Origin: Hyaloraphidium curvatum SAG 235-1
Taxonomy: Eukaryota; Fungi; Monoblepharomycota
Assembly (NCBI GenBank): GCA_025558095.1
Contig: JAIVFI010000048.1
Span: 1 to 30,582 of the forward strand
DNA length: 30,582 nt
Reading direction: 5' to 3'
Below the pieces are notes generated by a model. The model was not told where the DNA came from. It saw only the letters and a program-made list of their open reading frames with translations, and made no database searches. The translations under genes were made by a program, and so were the position numbers. Below, piece after piece: positions 20,729-30,582 of the stretch. The stretch's first letter is position 1, and each line of letters opens with the position of its first letter.

Positions 20729-22365
20729 ATGCTCCTCGCCGCGCTCCTCGCCGTGCTGCTCCTGGCGAGCGGCGCGCGCGCGACGCCCACGCCCTCCGCC
20801 TGCGGGCCGGGCGTCTGCGGGGACGGCATCCTCTGCTGCGACGACTGGTTCCTCGGTGCGCCCTCCTCCTTCCCTTCCTCTCGCGATTCGGGCTGACTCG
20901 CTGGACTTCTGCACGCAGGCGCCAAGTGCTACCTCGCCGAGGTGATGGTCTGCACGCCCGACCTCGGGCGGGCCGCGGGCGACCTGTCGCTGTGCCCCGT
21001 CGGCACCTGGGCATGCGACAGAGCGTGCTATGACCCGTCGAAGTACCGATGCGAGGGTGGGAAACTGGAGCTGGGGCCGGCTACGGCTACGGGAACTGGG
21101 ACGGGGACGACAGAGACGGCGGCGCCCGAGACGACGAGCAGGGTGGTGCCGACCACCTCGCCGCGCCGCAAGACGACGAGCAAGGGGCCCAAGGCGACGA
21201 CGACAAAGGCCCGCAAGACGGCCACGACGCGCAAGACGACCACCAAGCGCCCGACGACCAAGCGCCGGACGACCAAATCCCTCACCGCGGCCCGCAAGTC
21301 AACCTCCCGCCCGGTCCCCAAGGCCACGTCCAAGATTCCAGCCCCCCCGCCGACGACCACCAAATCCGGTCCCGCCCCCACGCAGACCGCCGACCTCCGC
21401 ATCAAGAACTCGTGCACCTCCACCCTGTGGTTCGAAGCCCGCTGGATGGGCAAACCCCTACCCGGCCACGCGAGCACCATCACGCGCGCCCTCCCGGGCG
21501 AGTACGTTGACTACGTCATCCCCGCCGACGGCCTCGATTCGACGCGGTTCTGGGGCAAGTTCGGGTGCGACGACCGGGGGAGGAACTGCCTCGTCGGGGA
21601 CAGTATGGGGTTCTACCCGGGGAACGAGTGCCCGCCCGGGGGGTGCAACCCGCCGATCGACAGCCTCTTCGAGGCGACGTGGGGTTGCAAGCCGGGGACG
21701 GGGTGCCATGCCGCAAAGCCCACTACGTGGTTTGATACGACCCAGGTCCGTTTCCGCTGCTGTTGCGTGCGCGATAGCTGACTCTTTGCGCCCTCCAGGT
21801 CGACGGCTGGACGATCCCGTACCGCCTCCGCGCCTTCGGCGAGACCGACCGCTGCGACTGCAAGGCCGGCGTCTGCGGCTTCTCCGGCGTCGATGCCACC
21901 CGCCTGACGCTGGACAAATGCCCCACCGCCGACGACCTCTCGTGGTCGGGCCGATGGGCGACAACGACCAACGGCTCCAACCTCTCGGCCGTGAACCTGC
22001 TCGCCGCCCGGAACGGCGTCGCGGTGGGCTGCATCTCGCCGTGCAAGATCTTGACCTTCGCCCCGCCATGGGGCTTTGGCGAGAAGGAATCCGCGGGCGG
22101 CGCGGCCACGTACATGTGCTGTCCCACCCCCGATCCCAACCCCGCCACGTGCCGCCCCGAGACGGGCTGCCTCCTCTCGCCCGAGTGCAACGCGGGGCCG
22201 GTCAAGGACACGCAGTACGTGCGGACGGTCAACACGCTGGCGCCGGGGATCTACGCCTTCAGCTACGACGACGAGGTCGGGCTGCACGCGTGCCCGGCAG
22301 GGACGGTGGTGTACGAGTTTGAGTTCTGCCCTGAGGGATCGGGGGAGTACCCGATGCGGGTGTGA
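20729..22365 (+). CDS. Secreted thaumatin-like (PR-5 family) protein with an N-terminal Cys-rich CBM52-like module and a Thr/Lys-rich linker; introns 20856-20918 and 21746-21798
   Basis: Signal MLLAALLAVLLLASGARA; CPVGTWACDRACYDPSKYRCEGGKL; thaumatin hallmarks IKNSCTSTLW, RFWGKFGC, SLFEAT, WFDTTQVDGWTIP, GCISPC, YAFSYDD, YEFEFCP. Confidence 0.85.
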
Positions 22366-23079
22366 GGGCGTCGACGGCACCGCGGTGTTGCCCTTGGCGA
22401 GCACTCTCCTCACGTTGGCGGGCACGGCCGGCCGGGGGGCGGCACGGAGCAGCGGGCCCAAAGGCGACGCGCGGAAGAAGGCGGCGGCCTCTGCGAAGCC
22501 GCCGTCGAGCGACGCGGCCGCCAGGGACTCAGCAAGATCCGCCATGGCCGATTAAATTACGTCAGAGGCTCGGCGGCCGCGCTGCCGGTTCACGGTACGG
22601 TAGACGCGACGTTGTTGACTTGATGTCGAACCTGCCTAGGTCATCCACCCCGGCGCGGTGCTCCTCATCTAGCTCCATCCCGCCGATCAACCACGCGGAT
22701 CCAGCTCGCAAAGTTCTTCGGAAAGCCGAGGAGAGGTTGCTTGTCGGGGGCGGACACCGCGCATCCGGATGTACTATGTAATCTTTGCTCCTCAACCGCG
22801 CTGAGCTTCTGGGCCTCAGCAGGCTCGCGGGAGGTTTCTTCCCCGGTCCCAACCCCGCGGGCACTCCTTTGATGCCGCCAAAGTGGACGGAAGGGGCATC
22901 CGGGACGGATCGATGATCTCGCGGAGCGAGTGAGGGACGCCGGGCCCTGCAGGGCCAGACGCGCGCAAGCCGCCCGGTCCAAAGTCCCGATTATATCGTA
23001 CCCAAAGTAGCGTGGTCCTCATACAAAGTTGCTCCTCCTGCAATACCCGTCTACCCATCCATCCTTTTGTAGCCGGCGC

Positions 23080-24022
23080 CTAGTACATGGCGGCGGCGGC
23101 GGCAGCGGCGGCGGCACCGAGCACGGGCATCAGCGTGGCGCGGACCATGCTGCCAGCGCCGGGGCGGCTGGTGGTCGCGGTGGCGGTGACAGCGGCGAAG
23201 GGGATGGTGGGGGAGCCGTTGACGACGGCGGCGCACTTGGCGGTCAGGGCGACTGCGGGGGGGAGTTGTCAGCGCGGGGTAAAGGGCGGGGAAGGGCGAG
23301 ACTTACAGACGGAGGGGCCGAGCGAAAGGGTGCCGCAGTTGCCGGCGGTGACGTTGAAGGTGCCGACGCCGGTGAAGGGGATCTGCATCGACAGGAAAAC
23401 GCGTCACTTGAGGCGGCCAGCAGGCGACGGGGAGAAACCCACGGTGCAGGCGTCGTTACCGAAGAAGGCCATGGTGCCCGAAGCGGCGCCAGGGGCGCAG
23501 GCAGGGCGGCCGAAGGCGGGGATGCCGATGAAGCCGAGGGGCACGCACTGGTTGGCGATCACGGCGGCGGCGGTGAGGTAGGTGCCGGTGCAGGTGGCGC
23601 CGGACCACTGGGTGACGACAAAGTACTCGCCCTGCGGATGGGAGCGGGGCGTCAGCGCTGGGCCGGGCGCGGAAATGGGGCGCGGAAACCGACCGAGCCC
23701 TGGAGGGTGAAGGACGGGGGGGCGTTGGCGTTGCAGGTCTGGGTCACGTCGTAGTTGACTGTGGCGTTACTGGGAATGCAGGCGACGTTGCCCTGGCAGG
23801 TGGTCGGCAGGTTCGCCTGGACTGCTCGGCAGGAGAGGGAAAGGGGGGACATGATCAGTGAGGAGCGGGTGGGGGCCCGGGCGTCAACGCACAGAGCTGC
23901 GGCGCGGTGGCGTTGACTTTGCAGCCCGAGCCGGGGATGAAGCCGTCGATGATGGTCGCGGCGCGCGCGGGGGCGGCGGCCAGCGCGAGGGCGGCGAGGA
24001 TGACGGCGGCGGCGGCGCGCAT
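23080..24022 (-). CDS. RLP-C: ectodomain-only paralog of RLK-B with a signal peptide and a GPI-anchor-like C-terminus; 5 exons, no kinase
   Basis: Starts MRAAAAVILAALALAAAPARAATIIDGF and has four introns at the same positions as RLK-B introns 1-4. Ends ...TATATTSRPGAGSMVRATLMPVLGAAAAAAAAMY*, i.e. small-residue omega region, hydrophobic tail and no cytoplasmic part. Confidence 0.87.
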
Positions 24023-24762
24023 TTCGGCGGGGCGGCGGCGGGGCGGCGGGCGCTGAGACGGCGATCCGAAAGGCGCGGCGGGGTTGTGGCCGACGGCGGA
24101 GAGGCGCGGGTCGAGTGACTCGGCGGGGGAGCAGAAAAGGTGGGGGGGTGCGCGGGCCGGGCCACCCAGCCGGCAGGGGACTAAGCCCCGATTCCCGGCC
24201 CCCGCGCAATCAAGCCGGCCGACGGGCGGCGCGATCGCCGGATCGGGCGCGGTAACAGGATCGGCATCGCAGGACATTGCGCAAAGGCCCCTCGGGACGC
24301 ATCCGGCAGGGCGGAAAGCACGAGTGACCCGCCCAGGCGCCGAATGATCCTTGCCCTTGCGTCGACGCCACCACCGGGGACTCGTACCGGCCAAAGGAAG
24401 CGCGGATGGGGTTGCAGTAAGCTTAAATAAACCGATCGGCGATTCAGATATGGGCCATCCGCGCGATTCGTCGCTCGGCGGGCCTGCGCGATGTGTCTCC
24501 CATCTTTGTCACCCAATCAAATCGAATCCCCCGCATGTGCTTTCCAATGTTCCAATAGATGGCGCACTTACAAATGACGCTCTACGCCGTTTCGTCGGAC
24601 AAATAAACCGCGCGCAGGGTGCCTGCCTCGACAACGGCTCCGGGATCAGGCCCTGATCACTGGGAACCGTCAGCGAGTTAGGTGGCCTCTGCCTCGGAAA
24701 CCGCCCCTCGTCCTTCGGCATTAGTAAACGCGTTGAAACGCGTTTTTGGCGTTGCCGATCGT

Positions 24763-26114
24763 ATGGGAGCCTGCTGTGCGGCCGCCGCTTGAGGCCCGCG
24801 TCCGCCGGCGGAACCGTTCTCCAAATGGACCGGGGACGCCTTCCTCGCCTCCCTCCGCCTCGCCTCGCCGGGGCTGGCCGCGTGGACAAGGGCGCAGATC
24901 GCCGTGGCGCCGTGGGTTGCCGGCCACGTGCGGCTGCGCTACACGGCCTTCTGGGTCCTGGGGTTGGCGCTGCTGCCGATCCAGTGGATCGCCAACAACG
25001 GCAGGTTCGGCACGGCGCAGCTGGCCGCGGGCACGGCGAGCTCGGCGGTGCTGGGGCTGGGCGGCATTGCCGCGGCGCTCTCGTCCAGGGGCTACGGTTC
25101 GCGGTACGAGGCGCCGGCGGGGTTCGGGCAGCACACGCTGGCCGTCGTCGCGCGGTGGGCGCAGCTGGTCCTCGGAGATCCGGCGGACAAGGGGCGGTCT
25201 TCGAAGCTGCTCGTGCACGACCCCAAGGACGGGCTCTGTCCCTGCCCGCTGCCGACGTGCGCGCGGGGCACGGTGGCGCTGGCCGGCCCCATCCGCTTCG
25301 CCGAATCCGCCCTTCGCTTGTCCAGTGCGTGGCTGTGGACGATCTTCTACTCCTTGTGGATGCCGGCGGTGACATTCGCCGCGTTCACGTGGCGCACGCC
25401 GTGGGCCGCCACCCTTTGCGCGGTCTACATCGCTCTGAACCTCGAATTTCACTGTGCCAACGTCATCGTAATCCAGCCTCTGAGCTACGTTTCCCTGGAG
25501 CTCACCCTCAGGCTCCACAACCGGGCCATGTCGCTGGCCCTGGACTACCTCGTCCGGCGCTGCGGCCTGCCCGCGACCGAGGACCCGGCGCCGCCGTCGG
25601 GACCGCCGCCGGACGACGAGACGTACATCCTCCTCTACGAATCCATGACCGCCGTATGGCAGCATCGCATCCGCTCGGCGGCGTTCAGCACCCGCCTCCT
25701 CGCCGTCGGCATCGTCGCCCTCGCGTTGACCGCCGTCGCCGGGATCGCGGCGGGCAACTGCCTCCCCGCCGCCTTCTTCTTCCTCCTGGCCTGCTACCTC
25801 CTCGTGCTCGCCTCGGACCTGGCCAACTTCTCAGAGAGCACCTCGCACGTCGCCGCCGTCCGCGCGCTGCTCCTCCGCGCGCGCACCCGCCTCCGCAGGC
25901 TGGCCCTCTCCCCGTCTCTCCCGCCCGCGCGGCTCGCCCTGGCGGAGACTTGGACGCCTCGCCGGGGTGTTTGGCCAGGTACATGGGGTTCGCGGTGGAC
26001 AGGGCGGTGGCGCGGAACGTGGCGTCGACGCTGTTTGCGATGGCGGTCGGGCTCTGGAGCGTTTTGAGGGGGAGCGGAGTCAGCGTGGGCCTGGAGATGG
26101 CCTGCGGGGGCTGA
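24763..26114 (+). pseudogene. Second GRL/DUF3537-like multi-TM gene, disrupted by an in-frame TGA at 24790 and a frame change near ~25945 (pseudogene or assembly error; 5' end uncertain)
   Basis: The main frame (24793-~25945) aligns by eye with 16204-17740 (H..P.D..CPC..C, L..RLH.RA..LA..D, Y..L). The C-terminus ARYMGFAVDRAVARNVASTLFAMAVGLWSVLRGSGV lies in another frame. Confidence 0.62.
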
Positions 26115-27503
26115 AGTGTCGGCGTTGCTGCCAAAAGATGGTTCTGCGGTCTTCCAGGTGTTGTGGTGGGGGCTTGTCGCGAAACACCGCATCTCCCGCC
26201 GGCTGCGGAGACCACCGCCCGGGCAAGAAAATGGCATGTCCGTCAGTGTAGCTGATTCACGGCTGCATGATGATCTGCAGTACTGTATTTTTTGTTCTGA
26301 GCGGGCCGGCGGAGCGAACTGGACGCTGGCCTGGCTGAGCAAGTTGAGATCCGCGAGCCAGCAACACCGCCGCCCTTCCCCGCTGCCGCTGCAAGCCCGC
26401 GCCATGGCCGCCATCGCTGTTGCACGTGCGTCGCGGTGGCGTGAATTGCAGCCGCCGCTAACGGGCCCGCAGCGCGCTCCGGCGTCAGCATCGTCCTCCC
26501 GCGCATTGCGGAGGGAGCCGGCCTGCTCCCTCAAGCGGCGGCCCCCGCGCATGTTCCCAGCGGCGCCCTGAACGAAGGGTTCCATGCGCCCGCCGAAGCG
26601 CAGGAAGCCGCGAGGGTCATCTTCCCGGGAGCAGCGCCCGCCGTTTATCATGTGCAGGCGACCGCTGATGTCGCTACAAACGTCGAGGTTGCTAGTGAAG
26701 GCGCCGGAAACGCGCTCGTCGACGTTCCCGCCGCGGCTCCCCGCGCTCCCCGGGCGGGCAGGAGGGTGAACCTCGGGGCCGGGCTCCGAGACCTCGCGGT
26801 AAGCCAGGGCCGGACAACGGAGAGGTCGAGCAGCTGAGTGCCCGCCCTCCCTACACCAGTACGAAGCCGTCATCACCGTGGCAGCGGAATCCAGCTGCAA
26901 TGTTCTCACAAGGGCGCCGGCGACGGTCCTCGCTGCACCCGTCAGCGCCGGCTTCGGGGCGGTCGTAATGCACAGCTACGCCAGCCAGCTCAAGGATCTC
27001 ACTGGCAACGATGTAGGGCTGCTTGCGACGCCGTCTTGCTTCTGAACGCTGATCGCGTCGCCCGGGCTTCCAGATCATGCGCTGGACCTGCACCGGGGCG
27101 GCGATCTTCGGATTCGCAGCCTTGGGGAGCACGGTGGTCTATTACATCTTTGAGAGGCCCACGTACCCTGGAAACCCGCCCCGGGGTAGGGCGGCGGGCA
27201 TCGCCCTGCAGTGAAGTTGCACCCGAGTCGCCCAAGAGCAAGTTGCAGAGCGGACATGCCGCTAGCGAGCTAGCTGGTCATTGCAACAGCCCTGTCGGCT
27301 CTCTGCCATTTATTTGACAATAGTGGAGCGTTGCGAAGGAGGAATTCGAAGTGCTCCAGTCCATCATTGTTCGTCGTGGTGAGCAGGGACAGATAAAGCT
27401 TCGCAAGTAACACTCAAATGCACATTTCAATCGATCTCCTAACTCGGTCCACATCCAAATAGCGCCGTCCCGCCCTAAAGCCCCATTGCTCGGCAGCTCC
27501 AGA

Positions 27504-28913
27504 TCACAGCTTGGCCTTCTGGTCGCCGAGCTGTCCCTCGGCCGGCGAATCCACGGCGATCCCGCTGCCCTTCTTGGTCCCCGCCGACTCGTCCCACGGC
27601 CTCGTGACGCGGCCCAGGGCAAACTCGGGCGCGAGCGTGTCCTGGAAATGGGGTTCGGGATTGGGTTACGGGGGGGGGGGGGGGGAACGGAGGGACAGGG
27701 GACCCACCGATCCGTAGGGCATGTCCTCGAACTTCTCCGGCTTCACCGGCGGCGTGTGCTGGCTCGTTGCCGGCGAGTAATAGCCCATGGAGTGATCCAT
27801 CATACTCAGGAAACGGTTAGCGCCATCGCATGGGGAGTGCCGCGGGGGTCACCTACGCGTACCCGACCAACTCCTGCACCTCGGGGTCAAGGGTGCGCGC
27901 CACCTCGGGAGGGACGGAGAGGTAGTGGTTCTCCTCGGAGCGGAGCCAGCCGAGGGAGAAGGAGACGTGCATGCCAACGCGCCTGCGGGGACGAAACGGT
28001 TTTGCGTGAGTCCGCGCGCGGATGGCCAGGGGAACAAGGGTGCCCACCAGTCGTCCTTGGTGACGTTCGCGCCACCGCCGTGGATAGTCGAGCCGAGATA
28101 TAGCCTGCATCCGCAAGGAGTAATTCAAGGGCTGCGGGCCAGGCAGGACAAAGGATGCAGGGCTACCCACACGCACGAGCCCTTGGGCATCACCGCCTGC
28201 CGCACGTCCCGCCCCTCGGCATCGGGCATGTACGAATTCAGCGGCCTCGCGTGCGTGCCGGGAACCACCTGTGTGGCTCCGTTCTTGTCCGTAAAGTCGG
28301 AAAGCGCCCACCTGCCCGGGAGGGAGCGACAAACGGGTTTCGGTCAAGCAGCGCTCGAGCATCGGGGAGTCCCCGCAGCCGCGACACACATTGTGGCCAC
28401 CATGGGCTCGAGTTCCTCAGGAAGATGCTTGCCCCAGGCGACGCGGTCGCGGTGGAGGGGCTGGGCGGGGGAGCCGGGGCCGATCTTGATGATCTGGGCC
28501 ACGTGCAGCTGCGTCGCGCGACTGCATTGAGCGGGTGCTTCACCCTGGGGCAACAGACCGCCCACCTGGTACCGCTTCGCATGCTCCAGCAGGTGCTCGT
28601 CGGCCGCCGCACGCAGGAACCGGTTCTTGAGCACCGCCTCGTTGAAGGTAGGCGACCTCGCCGGCAGTGCCCCGCAACGGACCGTGTTCTTGCCCGAAAA
28701 GTCGTCCACGCCGGACGTGGTCCCGCCAATCCAGGGCGCCATCTCCGCCACGATCCGGTCTGCTTGCGCCGGAGAAATTGCGTACTCGACAATCACGGCG
28801 CCGTCCTCGCGAAGAATACGAAGGGCGTCCTCGGGCTTGCAGGTGCGCCCGTCGACGCGGCGGACGTCGGGGAAGGAGTGTTCCATGGTCGCGGTGGCAA
28901 GGGCGGTCGCCAT
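27504..28913 (-). CDS. Phytanoyl-CoA dioxygenase (PhyH) family Fe(II)/2-oxoglutarate dioxygenase, ~7 exons, C-terminal PTS1 (AKL)
   Basis: LREDGAVIV, QPLHRD (HxD), WALSDFTDKNGATQVVPGTH, LYLGSTIHGGGAN (distal His), GWLRSEEN; last exon ends QKAKL*. One acceptor (~27805) reads GAG. Confidence 0.88.
27671..27685. repeat. Poly-G run (~15 nt) inside the last intron of the PhyH gene
   Basis: Read directly; forms a C-rich tract on the coding strand. Confidence 0.85.
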
Positions 28914-29635
28914 TTCGACGGGTTGAAGGGTGGCGGGCCTCTCGGCACAGAAAGAGCAGTCAGGGTGGGTCAAACAAGGGGTAGCCTGGTCGCCTGAGGG
29001 AAGACGGCGATGGAACTGCCTCTGAGTGGCGGTTGTGTGCGGCTGCGGCGATGCGCTCGGAGCGGAGCTGGCCGGTCGCCATTGGCGCCCGATCGCACAG
29101 CCTGATCGGGAGACATCGACACATTTCCCATGGGCTGCCTCTTTCGCAGACCTCATTTGTGTGTCGGATACGCTACAAAGGAACAGGAAGATGTCGCGCC
29201 CTGCATCGCAGTCGAGCTAGCGCCCGCCCTCGGCGTCAATCTCACTCCGATCGAACCCCGGTTGCGACACACTCCCCAAGTAGGCCCAAACGAAGGCTGC
29301 CGAGTGGATCGATGCCATGGGATGCAGGACATGCCGACGAGAGCCTTTCTCGTGGCTTCCATGCTTCGAATCAGGGCGGGCCTGCTTCTGCCGCAGATCC
29401 GCCCCGGGGGGACGTCAATCAGACCTCGGTCTACAGGGAGTAGCCGCAGGGGGGGAGGCAGTAAGTACAATTTATTCACCAGAAGCTTGATATTGGCCCG
29501 GTCGTGAAGCAGAACGATGCTGGGGCAGGTGGTCAATTAGTTAGCACGACGCTTCGACCGGGCCGCGCGTCCCCGTTTGCCACTCCCCCTCGTGCCCACT
29601 CAGTACACCCCTACGGACCTTCAGGCGCCCGCGAT

Positions 29636-30582
29636 ATGTCTCCCGCCATCGCTGGTCGCCCCGACCTGCTCTCGCTCCCGCCGGAGCTCCTCGCCGACGT
29701 CGCGCGGCGCGTCGCCGCCGGCCCGGGACTCGCGCAGCTGCTCGAGTTCGGCCTCGCCCACCGCGTGCTGCTCGCCACCGCGGTCCCCGCGCTCTGCCGG
29801 GAAATCAACGTCGTGAAGAAGGATGTGCGGCTACTGCGGTCGTTGGCGCGGGCCTATGCCACGCCGGGGCTGTTTGAGAGCGTGCGGTCGCTTCGGGTCG
29901 TGGCGGTCGGCCAGAGCGAGGCCGAGAAGAGGGAGGCAGGACAATGTGTCGCTCGGCTCATGAGGAAGTGCTCCGGGCTCGTGGATCTTACTTTCGGGGT
30001 CAGGGCGGCGTTCGACTGGGCCCTGCTGCGCGAATCGAAGCTCACCTCCTTGGATATCTCGGTGGACGATTCGAAAATCCTCCGGGGCCTGTCGGGCAAA
30101 TCTCGCCTTCCACCAACGCTCAAGAAGCTCGAAGTCTCGTGCTTCTTTGAGCCAAACCCTCCATTCTCCCTCAATCCCTCTGGGAACTCGTCGAGCGACA
30201 CGCGGAGCAGCTTGACGAGTTGTGGGTCGCGTTGGAATGCCGCCAATCTTCCCGCCTGATTTGATTTCCCGCGTCGCAGGATCTTCGAACCCTTTCAGCC
30301 CGGGACATTCGACCTCGCCCCCTTCCCCCGCCTCGTCTCCAAGCTCTCTGTCCTGCGCACCTACTCGGACAATCAGTCCCTGCTCTCGGACCTCGCCCAC
30401 CTTCCCCAGTTTCGGCCGCACACGCTGAAGCTCTGCGACGTGATCACGCCACGTGGGACGCGCTGGCCCGCATGCCCTCGCTCAGGCATCTCTGCATCCT
30501 CGACGACGGGACGCACTACTTTGCCTGGGGCCTGCCACCGAACTTGAAGTCCCTGGAGTTCATCCGCGCGCGGCCCGGGCTT
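29636..30582 (+). CDS. F-box-like / RNI-like LRR protein, 3' end beyond the window; probable intron 30222-30278; apparent frameshifts near ~30160 and ~30450
   Basis: LLSLPPELLADVARRV F-box-like start; LxxLxL repeats (VRSLRV, LVDLTF, LTSLDI, LKKLEV, LRHLCI, LKSLEF) spread over frames. Confidence 0.65.

Noticed and set aside
21090-21400. acgacc/aagacg-type repeats suggesting an array
   Set aside because: Coding low-complexity Thr/Lys linker; no repeat-spacer structure, so not CRISPR or satellite.
26116-27480. ORFs between the second GRL-like gene and PhyH (e.g. 25794..26909 minus)
   Set aside because: No recognisable motifs, coding bias or consistent splice pattern; treated as intergenic.

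Overview
GC-rich eukaryotic nuclear DNA with many short spliceosomal introns (mostly ~50-90 nt, GT..AG, CTGAC/CTCAC/CTAAC branch sites). The gene content suggests an early-diverging, chytrid-grade fungus (inference). Bases 1-12184 are one giant fold-back palindrome with its apex at ~6078-6091. The arms differ mostly by small complementary indels, so it is most likely one molecule read twice (long-read or MDA fold-back) or a true hairpin end. Unique genes: F-box/LRR-like protein, GT-A (CAP59/GT69-like) glycosyltransferase, two single-pass receptor-like TKL kinases (RLK-A, RLK-B), a GPI-type protein made of the same ectodomain alone (RLP-C), two multi-TM proteins with a gustatory-receptor-like/DUF3537-type C-terminus, a secreted knottin precursor, Ohr peroxidase with a 5-nt microexon, a CBM52-like plus thaumatin protein, a PhyH-type dioxygenase ending in PTS1, and a second F-box-like gene running off the edge. 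The most notable signal is a plant-style RLK/RLP receptor set in which RLK-B is a mosaic: its kinase is near-identical to RLK-A and its ectodomain near-identical to RLP-C, introns included. The partners lie in inverted orientations, which suggests module exchange by gene conversion or inversion. All family assignments are from motif recognition by eye; no searches were run.
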